In this document: positions 8,173 to 17,399 of the stretch, in pieces
How the letters are laid out: each line of letters begins with the position of its first letter
How positions within the stretch are numbered: the first letter of the stretch is position 1
Source of the DNA: Parcubacteria group bacterium GW2011_GWC1_36_108
Lineage (GTDB): Bacteria; Patescibacteriota; Minisyncoccia; Moranbacterales; GWC2-37-73
Assembly (NCBI GenBank): GCA_000991245.1
Contig: LBRD01000003.1
Coordinates: 6,734 to 70,733 of the forward strand
Direction: 5' to 3'
DNA: 64,000 bases
Translations under genes and position numbers: made by a program
Notes under the pieces: generated by a model
Told to the model about the DNA's origin: nothing
Seen by the model: the letters and a program-made list of their open reading frames with translations, nothing else
Databases searched by the model: none

Positions 8173-9339
8173 ATGCGAATTTTATTCTTCAATTATGAAT
8201 TTCCACCGTTGGGTGGGGGAGCGGGAAATGCTTCTTTTTATTTGTTGCGCGAATATGCAAAAAATTCTGATTTGGAAGTTGATTTTGTGACAGCTTCAGT
8301 TGATGGGCAATATCATCTTTTGAAAATGGGAGAGAATGTTAATATTCATCGACTCCCGATTGGAAAAAATGCTGAAAATATTCATTATCAAACAAAGAAA
8401 GACTTGATTTTATACACTTGGAAAGCATATTGGTTTTCCAGAAAGTTGGCCAAGAAAAATCAATATGACTTGTCGCACTCATTTTTTTCTGTGCCTTGCG
8501 GAGCAATTTCATTGTTACTAAAATGGGAGTTCAAATTGCCATATATTGTTTCACTTCGTGGAAGCGACGTTCCTGGTTATAGTGAGCGATTTGTTGGGCT
8601 TTACAGGTGGATCACGCCGACTATTTTGAAAATTTGGAAAAATGCTTTTTTTGTGGTTGCCAACAGCCAAGGACTAAAAGAATTGGCAGTTAAATCTGAG
8701 CCGAAAAAAGAAATAGGTGTTATTTATAACGGCGTTGACGTCAAAGAATTTGTTGCTGATCCAAGCAAGCGCAATCCTGAGCACTTTACTATTATTTGTG
8801 TTTCACGTGTTACGCCGAGAAAAGGTATTCGTTTTTTGATTCAAGCTTTCAAGATGCTCTCTGGACGTTATGATAATGTGCAGCTTTTGATTGTGGGAGA
8901 TGGTAATGAAAAAAAATCACTTGAAGATTTGGTGCGAAGTCTTGAAATTGAAAACAGAGTTGAATTTGCAGGAGCGATTGATCACACAAATGTATTGGCA
9001 TATTATCAGCGAGCTGATGTTTTTGTGCTTCCGTCGCTTAATGAAGGAATGAGTAATGTGATGCTTGAAGCGTTGGCGGTTGGATTGCCAGTGGTTGCAA
9101 CTGATACGGGCGGTACCAAGGAACTTTTGACTGATAATGTGAATGGTTTGGTTGTTAAAATGAAAGATTCAAATGATTTGGCTGAAAAAATTGAAAAATT
9201 AATCGTGAATGATGAACTCAGAAAAACAATGAGTTTGGAGAGTCGCAAATTGGCGGAAAGGATGAGTTGGGAAAAAGTGGCAGGAGAATATGTTGAATTG
9301 TATAAAAAAATAGATAATTCGAGGAAGATGAAGGGGTAA
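8173..9339 (+). CDS. GT4 (group 1) glycosyltransferase
   Basis: RKGIRFLIQAF, GDGNEKKSLEDL, LPSLNEGMSNVMLEALAVGLPVVATDTGGTKELL (EX7E-type GT-B motif). Confidence 0.85.
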   Translation: MRILFFNYEFPPLGGGAGNASFYLLREYAKNSDLEVDFVTASVDGQYHLLKMGENVNIHRLPIGKNAENIHYQTKKDLILYTWKAYWFSRKLAKKNQYDLSHSFFSVPCGAISLLLKWEFKLPYIVSLRGSDVPGYSERFVGLYRWITPTILKIWKNAFFVVANSQGLKELAVKSEPKKEIGVIYNGVDVKEFVADPSKRNPEHFTIICVSRVTPRKGIRFLIQAFKMLSGRYDNVQLLIVGDGNEKKSLEDLVRSLEIENRVEFAGAIDHTNVLAYYQRADVFVLPSLNEGMSNVMLEALAVGLPVVATDTGGTKELLTDNVNGLVVKMKDSNDLAEKIEKLIVNDELRKTMSLESRKLAERMSWEKVAGEYVELYKKIDNSRKMKG

Positions 9340-9340
9340 G

Positions 9341-9470
9341 ACTCATTTCCACATTTCTTTTTCCCGCAAAAAGAAACCTGGAGGAAAGAAAAGCTCGCAC
9401 CGGATGAAGATACTGTGGCAAAAACTTCGTTCTTCACTAAAATTGGTGCAAAGGAATGCGGGATGCGGAA
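9341..9470. repeat. Repeat D (second copy) + C-tail, downstream of GT4 gene
   Basis: Near-identical to 6530-6640 with 3 substitutions. Has the same hairpin tttctttttcccgcaaaaagaaa. Confidence 0.65.
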
Positions 9471-10413
9471 TACAAATCCAATGAAAATATTGAATAATAA
9501 AATTGTGAAGTTTGTTGTAAAGTTAATAATCAGTCTTGCTTTTGTGGCTTGGTTGATTTTTGAGATTGATTGGTTGCAGGTTTGGGGGTATTTGAAAGAG
9601 CTTAGTCTTGTTTCGATTGTTTTATATGTGGCAGTGCTTCTTTTGGGGATGATGATTTCAGCTTGGAAGTGGAAAATGCTTTTGGCGCATAAAAATATTT
9701 CCATTAGTTTGAAGAAAAGTTTTCAACTTTATTTGACAGGCGCCTTCATTAATAATTTTATGCCCTCGACAATTGGAGGGGATACATATCGCGCATATCA
9801 AATTGGCAAAGACTCCAAAAGGTTTTCCGCGGTTAGTTCAAGTGTGGTTTTTGATCGTGTGACAGGACTTTTTGCAGTAATTCTTTTGACTGGGCTGATT
9901 GCGATTTTCCGGTGGAATGAAATTTCCAAATTTGCAGAATTGAAACTTGCTGTTATTGCTGTGCTTATCATTATGCACGCGATTATTTTTTTTGGTATTT
10001 TGACGAAGTTTTCTTTTTGGAAAAAAATTGCCGGCAAATTTCCAAAAATTGTGCAGGATTTTGCAATTGAGCTTGCACATTACAAAGAAGATGGGGCATA
10101 TTTGAGAGCAATTGGAATTTCAATTTTGTTCAGTGTTGTCGGTCTTGGATTGGTCAATTGGATTCTTTTTTCCGGACTTGGAATAACGGTGGGAATTTGG
10201 CAATATCTTTCAGTGATTTTTCTTATAAGCATAATTTCTGCTTTGCCAATCAGTATAAATAACATAGGGCTCAAAGAATGGGCCTATGTGACGTTCTTTG
10301 GTTTCTTTGGTGTTCCGGCCAGTGCTGTGGTTGCTGTGGCACTGATAAGCCGCGTGCTGCAAATGATTGTAAGTTTCACAGCACTGTCGATGTATTTGAG
10401 GAGCAAAAAATAG
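9463..10413 (+). CDS. Flippase-like / lysylphosphatidylglycerol-synthase-TM-region family membrane protein (UPF0104)
   Basis: Start moved to MRNTNPMKILNN because 9415-9462 lies in repeat D. 8 TM helices. YRAYQIGKDSKRFSAVSSSVVFDRVTGL is typical of the TIGR00374 flippase-like family. Confidence 0.65.
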   Translation: MRNTNPMKILNNKIVKFVVKLIISLAFVAWLIFEIDWLQVWGYLKELSLVSIVLYVAVLLLGMMISAWKWKMLLAHKNISISLKKSFQLYLTGAFINNFMPSTIGGDTYRAYQIGKDSKRFSAVSSSVVFDRVTGLFAVILLTGLIAIFRWNEISKFAELKLAVIAVLIIMHAIIFFGILTKFSFWKKIAGKFPKIVQDFAIELAHYKEDGAYLRAIGISILFSVVGLGLVNWILFSGLGITVGIWQYLSVIFLISIISALPISINNIGLKEWAYVTFFGFFGVPASAVVAVALISRVLQMIVSFTALSMYLRSKK

Positions 10414-10432
10414 TTTTGAATCTTTGTTCCTA

Positions 10433-13147
10433 TTAGTGAATTTCTTTTTCCAGATGGAATCCGTCTTTATTCCAAGTGAAATATGCCCAAGAGCCATTTG
10501 ATTTGCGAAATTCATCGATAATGTAATATTGAATGTTTCCTTGTTTTTCTTCGTGCCAAAGATGAGCTTCGCCGGAAATAGCCACGATTTCTTTTCCACT
10601 TTTTTCCAATAACTCTCTTACTTTGTCTCCATTGACGACATCATAAACTTTTTTTTGCGAGGTAAATTTGAACAATGGATGATCACTGAAGATAAGCACG
10701 CGGGAATGTTGCGTTGCGTTTATATCCGCAGAAAGCCAAGCCAATTCTTTTTCTAATATTTGCCCGCGATCACGAATACTCCATGAGCGGGTAATTTTTC
10801 TTGAATTATACATTTCTTGAAAAATAAAATTGAGAGCTTGTTTTTCTTCCGCGAGAGTTTTTTTCGAGTCAGTGTATTTCTGAGTGTATGTTTTAAATGA
10901 GATTTTGTTTAATTCTGAAAGACGATTTTCGATTAGTGTGCAATAAACATCCTCTTGGCAGGAAAGACCCATTGGTTCTCCTCCAAGAACTGTATCTAAA
11001 ATAATAATATGCAAATTTTTCAAATCAAAAGAATAGAATGTTTCATTTCTTTTGGTTGTTTCCAGCCAGTTTCGGTAGGATTTGACATTGCTTTCTATGT
11101 CATGATCTCCAAGAACAAAATGTGTCGGCAAGGCTGAATTTCTCAAATAATCGGCAACAAAGCGCGCATCCATATCTGCAGTTGTCGAGCAGCTTCTGAG
11201 ACGATGACTTGCATTATCTCCGAGACTGATTATAAAATCAGCTTTTTTTTCTCCACTAAAATCAATAAAAGCTTCAAGTTTTTCAGTTGAAACAGCTTCT
11301 CTTGAGGGACAGTGATCGATGTCTGTTATGATTGCAGCGCGCAGTTCATTATCGGAAATTTTTTTTATGTCTGACACCTTATTAAGGAGCGTTGAATTTA
11401 GGAATAAATCTTTCCATGAATGCATTTTTTCTATTGCTGAAAGTTGGCTCCTTTTTTGCATTGTTGTCTTGATATTGGCGTCATCTTCGATAGCAATTTT
11501 TGGTTTCAAATGCGTAACCTTCATTATCCCGAAATCTTTAATTTCAATAACATCAAAAAAATCAGAAAACTTTTCAGAATCGTTCTTTTTTTTGTTAGCA
11601 CTTAATTGTATTGAAAAATATTCTCCATTCTCACGTGGTTTTTCATTGTTAAATTCTTCAAAATAATTGTAGCCTTTATTTTGAAGAATAATCCAATATG
11701 TTGGTTCATATTCTGATTCTGATGAAATGAAAATTTTCGTGTTTTTGTTTGGAACTTGTTGTTCCATATAATCCGAAATTTTCTGATGTATGAATAGCGG
11801 AGTTCTATAATAATTGGGGAAGACATCTTCAGTTTCAATCTTAACCGCAACTTGCTGAGAATTTTTCAGTTGCCAAAAGCTGTCTGATATTTTTGTTGAA
11901 TTTATTATTACAATTAATAATGTAATCGTAATAATAAGGACAGTGTTGGTAAGTTTTTTTCTGAAAATTATTTTTTCAAATATTAGACCCAGAAGTATGA
12001 ACGCAAGTGGTGCAAGCACAAGATAAAACCTTGGGTATATGTACAATTTGTTTAAGGTTAAGGATATAAAATAAGCACTGCCGATGGATAGCCATAGTGC
12101 TGAAAGTATCAAAAAATCTTTTCTCTCTTCATTCTTTTCTTTTTTAATGTTCCACCCAAGAAGAAAAATGGATGTAATATATAAAAATAGTGCTGATAAT
12201 CTCCAGATGCGATCTTCTTTGCACGTGTTGCATAATATCCCCAGCGAATATCCATTTGGACGACTTGTGTTTATTCTGTCTTCTCCTGTGAGTATGAGAA
12301 AAAATTCTCCGGAATTGTAACGCAGATTCTGCACTATTTTTTCTGAAATATTTTTTTCTTCTGACTCTTCTTTTTCTTTCGAATTGCCTGAAATTTTTTC
12401 AATTAATAATTTTGAATTTGAAAAATCATATTTTAATTCATGCAATATAACAGGGGAATAGATGAGAATTGAAAATAAGACTGCATAAGCCCATGTTTTG
12501 ATGGGGAAGTGCGGTCTTTTTATTAGAAGAAAAATTACATATGCAGGGACAATAATAAAAAGACCGTTGAAATGCAATTGACTTATTATTGAAAGAATTG
12601 TTAATGAAGATATGAAAAAAACATCTCGTTTTTTTTCTTCGGGAGAAATGCTTCTTAGCAGTAAATAAAAGGTTGCTAGAACAAAAAAGGGTAAAACATT
12701 TGGATTCCAGGAAAAGCGAGCATATTGAATCAGATAAAATGAAGTGGCATATAAAGCCAGCAGCGATGCGGAAATTATTCGGGAAAAATAAAGACGCGCA
12801 AAAACAAGGAACAATGGCATAGCAGCAATAGCGAGAATTAAGTTTGGCGTGGCATGACCCTGTGGGGTGTTTCCAAAAATTTTTCCACCAAGATATTCAA
12901 TATAATAATATGCTGGTCCTATGCGCAATTCTTCTGCTCCAGCTCTTGGCCCAAGCAGCTTAAGATTTTCTATTCCATTTTGAATTGCGGGAGATGTTAT
13001 GAGATAATCATCTGTTTGATCGGTTTCAAAATGAATCCAATCGTTGAAATGATAAATTCGTAGAAATGAACCGGCAAGAATGATAAAAACTATGACAATA
13101 AGAAACCATTTTTTCTTCGTTAAGTCTAATATTTTTTTTGGGGTCAT
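10433..13147 (-). CDS. Fusion protein: N-terminal ArnT/PMT-like GT-C glycosyltransferase (family 39/83-like) + C-terminal calcineurin-like metallophosphoesterase
   Basis: 904 aa. N-terminus FLRIYHFNDWIHFETDQTDDY and ~11 TM helices, paralogous to 15551..17344. C-terminal ~330 aa has metallophosphoesterase motifs ITDIDHC, GDNASH, VLGDHDIE, ISGEAHLWHEE. Confidence 0.7.
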   Translation of the reverse strand: MTPKKILDLTKKKWFLIVIVFIILAGSFLRIYHFNDWIHFETDQTDDYLITSPAIQNGIENLKLLGPRAGAEELRIGPAYYYIEYLGGKIFGNTPQGHATPNLILAIAAMPLFLVFARLYFSRIISASLLALYATSFYLIQYARFSWNPNVLPFFVLATFYLLLRSISPEEKKRDVFFISSLTILSIISQLHFNGLFIIVPAYVIFLLIKRPHFPIKTWAYAVLFSILIYSPVILHELKYDFSNSKLLIEKISGNSKEKEESEEKNISEKIVQNLRYNSGEFFLILTGEDRINTSRPNGYSLGILCNTCKEDRIWRLSALFLYITSIFLLGWNIKKEKNEERKDFLILSALWLSIGSAYFISLTLNKLYIYPRFYLVLAPLAFILLGLIFEKIIFRKKLTNTVLIITITLLIVIINSTKISDSFWQLKNSQQVAVKIETEDVFPNYYRTPLFIHQKISDYMEQQVPNKNTKIFISSESEYEPTYWIILQNKGYNYFEEFNNEKPRENGEYFSIQLSANKKKNDSEKFSDFFDVIEIKDFGIMKVTHLKPKIAIEDDANIKTTMQKRSQLSAIEKMHSWKDLFLNSTLLNKVSDIKKISDNELRAAIITDIDHCPSREAVSTEKLEAFIDFSGEKKADFIISLGDNASHRLRSCSTTADMDARFVADYLRNSALPTHFVLGDHDIESNVKSYRNWLETTKRNETFYSFDLKNLHIIILDTVLGGEPMGLSCQEDVYCTLIENRLSELNKISFKTYTQKYTDSKKTLAEEKQALNFIFQEMYNSRKITRSWSIRDRGQILEKELAWLSADINATQHSRVLIFSDHPLFKFTSQKKVYDVVNGDKVRELLEKSGKEIVAISGEAHLWHEEKQGNIQYYIIDEFRKSNGSWAYFTWNKDGFHLEKEIH

Positions 13148-13164
13148 AGATAATTTTTAATTCA

Positions 13165-15471
13165 TCAGTTATTTTTGTATAGATCGAAAAATTCTTGATC
13201 AAGCTTGATCACTTTTATGAAATTTCTAGGACGCCCGTTTATTTCCAGTTTGTAGACAACTTTTTCATCATCTCTGTCATAAAGAGTGTCAAAGCGAATC
13301 AAATCTTTTTTGATGGTCAAAGGAGTGACCATTTTTTTTGTTCGGGCAGATCTGCCAGCCGAAACGATTGCATAATCAAGATTGGCAGCTCGCAGTTTTG
13401 GATAGGCAAAACCAGAATAACATTTCGCCTTGAGAAAAGGGCAGACACCTTTTTTATCGGTCCATACTTGCAACTCCTCAGGATTTGGCAGGGAATTGAT
13501 GAATTGCGCAGCCTCGTAACTTCCAGTGCCCATATCCTTAAGGTCCGTGTAATATTTTTCAGGCAAAAGAGGGGAATCATAACTTATGAAAAATGGTTTG
13601 GCAAAATAAAGAGTGCCGATACCTAGGATTAGAAATAGTAATACGGTAATGTTTTTCTTGTCGAGTTTGTTTTTGATGAATTTTTCATAAAAAATACCCA
13701 TACCGATGCCGCCCAATATCATAGCCAATGGAAAGACCATAATTTGATAGCGATTCATTGCCGCAACTTTGTTAACGGTCGTTGCTAAATAATAGAGAAA
13801 GATAAAAAGAGAAAGGGAGAAAATGGTTGAGCTTGTTCTGGTGGGAATATTTTTTCCAAATATACTTATAATGGCGGCGAAAACCAGAAAGATTAGTGAT
13901 AATGGAGCTATGCTGAAAACTAATGGAAAAAAGTTTGCAAAGAACAGTCCATCATATCCACCCGTGGTGTAGGCTGATTTTGGGGAAGATATGATTGCTT
14001 CAAAATCATACCAAGACATATTCGTGTAAGTGTTGGCAAAAGTAAACGCGATAAAAAAAAGAAAAAGAGCTGAAATTGAAATGAGAAAAACTTTGCTGTA
14101 TCTGGAAAGAAAATTTAAAACATATGAAGATATTTTTCCACCTATTGCTGCAATGTCAATCAAGAGGAGTGCAAAAAAACCAGCGAAAATCGGCCAAGTG
14201 CTTTCAAAAGCCTGACTGAGCAATGTTCCCTCGAGAAGTCTTGAGGGCTTTATCCAAACTGCAGGAAACAAGACATAAAAAACCACCAATGAAACAAAAA
14301 AGAGAATGAGATAATCAGTGAGAGATTCTTTAATATATCTTTTGAGTGTCATTTTCGCATAGTTTGCTTTGTGGAAAACATATTCGACGAAAATCAGACC
14401 CAAGAAGAAAACGGAAAGAATATTGGCGACATATTTTGTCAGAAGTGCTAGTCCGAGCAATATTCCTGATAAATACAGATAAAAAGGAGTTCTTCTTTTT
14501 TGATAAACCAAAAAGGATAGCAGTGAAAGAGGTGCAAAAACCCAAAGGATAGCATCAGGATTTATGATGCTTGCCATCCCAATCAAAAGCGGAGAAAGAC
14601 CAATTGAGATATAGGAAAAAAGAGCTGTTTTCTTTCCTAAAAGTCTTTCCATAAGAAAATAGAAAAATGGAAGCATCAAGATGGTAAACAGTAAAATTGG
14701 AAATCTGAAAGTAAAATTCAATTTTTCAAAATCAAAACGATTAAGTTCGGTTCCTATCAATCCTCTGCCATAAGCCGATTTGTATGTTTTTGGACTTTCA
14801 AACAGGAGTCCTGCTCCCGAGATTATTGCTACCGTTATGCCCGGCTTGTCACTGATTTTTGTGTTTCGCCAATCTCTTTCCTTGAGATTTTTCCAATAAC
14901 TTGGAATTCGATCAAATGTCCAAAGTGGTTCATCAACTGCTCCAAATTTTGCCAGATTATATGTTCCAAGCCCCAAATTTGTCAGCATCACAGCAAAAAT
15001 AACAAACCAAGCAACTTTTCCTTGCAGTTTTGCCCATATTTTGAAAGATGAAAATGTGTTTTTGACCTCGTTCTCTTTCCATATGAAATTTCTTCTACCA
15101 ATCAGAAAGAATCCTGCTAGGATTACGTATAGTCCTGATGCGATATAAAAAAGATAATGAAAATCGGTTGATTGACTGAGACCATAAAGCATCACGAATT
15201 CTGCTGGCAAAAAAGTCAGCAACAACTTTTCAATGGTCAGTTTCAAGCTTGTTTCTTTGGTATAAAAAAAAGCGATGATTCCAAACGTCAAAACAATGAG
15301 TATGAAATATGCCAAATAGTGATTTGTCGTGCGGCTGGAAATGTTGAACATTGAAAGATTCTTTACCTCGCGGGAAATGAAAAACAATGTGTTTATAGTG
15401 AAGGCAAAAGACAGAAAAGTCAGCAGCGCATCAAGTGTATTTTTAGGAATATTATTCAAGAAATTTTTCAT
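13165..15471 (-). CDS. Polytopic membrane protein, probable GT-C-fold glycosyltransferase with C-terminal soluble domain
   Basis: ~769 aa from MKNFLNNIP. About 16 TM helices, then a ~130-aa C-terminal soluble domain. Sits in the GT-C paralog row. No diagnostic motif recognised. Confidence 0.5.
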   Translation of the reverse strand: MKNFLNNIPKNTLDALLTFLSFAFTINTLFFISREVKNLSMFNISSRTTNHYLAYFILIVLTFGIIAFFYTKETSLKLTIEKLLLTFLPAEFVMLYGLSQSTDFHYLFYIASGLYVILAGFFLIGRRNFIWKENEVKNTFSSFKIWAKLQGKVAWFVIFAVMLTNLGLGTYNLAKFGAVDEPLWTFDRIPSYWKNLKERDWRNTKISDKPGITVAIISGAGLLFESPKTYKSAYGRGLIGTELNRFDFEKLNFTFRFPILLFTILMLPFFYFLMERLLGKKTALFSYISIGLSPLLIGMASIINPDAILWVFAPLSLLSFLVYQKRRTPFYLYLSGILLGLALLTKYVANILSVFFLGLIFVEYVFHKANYAKMTLKRYIKESLTDYLILFFVSLVVFYVLFPAVWIKPSRLLEGTLLSQAFESTWPIFAGFFALLLIDIAAIGGKISSYVLNFLSRYSKVFLISISALFLFFIAFTFANTYTNMSWYDFEAIISSPKSAYTTGGYDGLFFANFFPLVFSIAPLSLIFLVFAAIISIFGKNIPTRTSSTIFSLSLFIFLYYLATTVNKVAAMNRYQIMVFPLAMILGGIGMGIFYEKFIKNKLDKKNITVLLFLILGIGTLYFAKPFFISYDSPLLPEKYYTDLKDMGTGSYEAAQFINSLPNPEELQVWTDKKGVCPFLKAKCYSGFAYPKLRAANLDYAIVSAGRSARTKKMVTPLTIKKDLIRFDTLYDRDDEKVVYKLEINGRPRNFIKVIKLDQEFFDLYKNN

Positions 15472-15550
15472 ATAAAAATGGTTGATTTCACGGTGCAATT
15501 GTAATATAATACCGGTGTGATCAATTTAATGTTTATACTTATCATTATAC

Positions 15551-17344
15551 ATGAATAATCCAATAGATAAAGAGTCTTTGAAGTCTTTGGTTGGGAGCAG
15601 ATTTTTTGTTGGAGCAATCTTGATTGCGATTTTGGCAGTTGGTGTTTTTTTGCGCGCATATAACTTTTCTGACTGGCAACATTTTGAACTTGATCAATCT
15701 CGCGATGCAAAGGTTATAGATTTGGCGGTGGAAAACGGAGTGGGGGATCTTCCTCTTTTGGGACCAAAGGCAGCGGGGTCATTTTTGCGTCTCGGTCCAA
15801 TATTTTATTATTTCGGTTATGTGAGCGCAAAAGTATTTGGTAACACGCCTTCTGGGATTGCTGTCATTTCACTCATTTTTTCTTGTTTAACGCTGCCCCT
15901 GTTTTATTTGTTTGTCAGAAGATTTTTTTCAAAAAAAATAGGACTTATGCTTCTAGGAGTTTTTTCCGTTTCAATTTTTCTTGTTCTGTACTCACGTTTT
16001 TCATGGAATCCTAATAATTTGCCATTTTTCATTTTGGGTGCACTTTATGGTCTCCTTCGTGCAACGGATGAGAATGAAAAAAGAAAAGGCTGGTGGTTGA
16101 TTGTAGGAGTTGTTTCTTTGACTATTGCAACTCAACTTCACTTTGTGGCTTTTTTGGGCTTGCCGATGATTGCCGTCGCGTATCTTCTAATAAAAAGACC
16201 TTTAATAAACTGGAAATATTGGCTGGCTTCTATCGCATGCATTGTTTTTTTGTATATTCCTTCGATAATAAATGATTTCAAGACAGGTGGTTCAAATATT
16301 ATTGAATTTGAAAAAGTGTTCGCAAAAACATCCACCAAGGGCGAGCATACTCTTGTTGAAAAAATAATAAGAAACATCGACAAGAGTTCGGCTGGATATG
16401 TCTTGCTGATAAGTGGAAATTCACAGGCCGAATTGCCAAAGGTGAAGATTCCAAGAATACGACCAATTTTTACATGTGATGAGGATTGCAAAAAAGGTGT
16501 CCCAATGGGAATTTTTTCACTATTCTTTGCTATTATTGGAAGTGCACTTTTGGGTTGGAATATTTTCAAAACAAAAGAAACTTCGCGCAGAGATTTTTTG
16601 ATCATCGTGGCTATTTGGGTATTGGTTACGCTGGCACTTTTTACTCCGATTTCATATGATATGGCTCCAAGATTCTTTCTGCTGGTTGCTCCGATCCCAT
16701 TTGTTTATTTGGGGCTTATTTTGGATTTTTTTGAAAAAAGAAAAGCCAGTGTTCTTTCTTGGGTTTTCGTTTTGATTCTCTTGGCTTCAAATGGCTGGCT
16801 TGTTAAAGAAAGATTTAGCGAACTTGCAAATGCTCCCGTTAAAGAATTTGAGATATCTTCGGACAAAATTCTCAAAGAAAACGAACGAGTAACCCTTGAG
16901 CAACAGCTTCTGATTACCAAATATATTGAAAGTATTTATAATCAAAACAACTTTCCAGTTTATGTTAATAGTGAGGCATTTTATCGCAGATCATTTTTGT
17001 ATCATCTGGAACAACGTTTGATAGTTCGCGATGATTTTCGCAATACCAGAAGTGTTTATTCTGAGGGAAATTATTTTTTGGTGTATCCATCTTCTTCAAC
17101 TGTGGAAAAAATTTATGAAAATTATCAGGATAAATATGATATTGCTGAAATCAAGGAATTTGGCACGCTTAGAGTTGTGCGCTTGCTTCCAAAATTGCAA
17201 ATGATAACAGCGGTGCGTCAGGAATTTGCTCCAGCAAGAAAACCAATCAGCGCTCCTGGCGTGCCAGTGCGTTGTCGTTGGAATGAAATTTTTTCCCAAT
17301 GTAATAGTGACGGAACGGAGGCGGAGGATGAAAGTAGTTTATAA
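15551..17344 (+). CDS. ArnT/PMT-like GT-C glycosyltransferase (family 39/83-like)
   Basis: FLRAYNFSDWQHFELDQSRD...LLGPKAAGSFLRLGPIFYY parallels the N-terminus of 10433..13147. 597 aa, polytopic. Confidence 0.7.
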   Translation: MNNPIDKESLKSLVGSRFFVGAILIAILAVGVFLRAYNFSDWQHFELDQSRDAKVIDLAVENGVGDLPLLGPKAAGSFLRLGPIFYYFGYVSAKVFGNTPSGIAVISLIFSCLTLPLFYLFVRRFFSKKIGLMLLGVFSVSIFLVLYSRFSWNPNNLPFFILGALYGLLRATDENEKRKGWWLIVGVVSLTIATQLHFVAFLGLPMIAVAYLLIKRPLINWKYWLASIACIVFLYIPSIINDFKTGGSNIIEFEKVFAKTSTKGEHTLVEKIIRNIDKSSAGYVLLISGNSQAELPKVKIPRIRPIFTCDEDCKKGVPMGIFSLFFAIIGSALLGWNIFKTKETSRRDFLIIVAIWVLVTLALFTPISYDMAPRFFLLVAPIPFVYLGLILDFFEKRKASVLSWVFVLILLASNGWLVKERFSELANAPVKEFEISSDKILKENERVTLEQQLLITKYIESIYNQNNFPVYVNSEAFYRRSFLYHLEQRLIVRDDFRNTRSVYSEGNYFLVYPSSSTVEKIYENYQDKYDIAEIKEFGTLRVVRLLPKLQMITAVRQEFAPARKPISAPGVPVRCRWNEIFSQCNSDGTEAEDESSL

Positions 17345-17392
17345 AGTTTGTAAAGTTATAAAGTTCATAAAGTTTATAAAGTTCATAAAGTT
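17338..17392. repeat. YATAAAGTT nonamer array, copy 3
   Basis: gtttataaagtttgtaaagttataaagttcataaagtttataaagttcataaagtt runs up to 8 nt before the ATG at 17400. Confidence 0.6.
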
Positions 17393-17399
17393 AAAAAAT

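Noticed and set aside
17226-17399. N-terminal extension of ORF 17226..18926 (…KVVYKVCKVIKFIKFIKFIK…) and ORF 21265..21522 (KVHKVLKVHKV)
   Set aside because: These are translations of the YATAAAGTT nonamer arrays. The real start is ATG 17400 (MKKTFLIL…).
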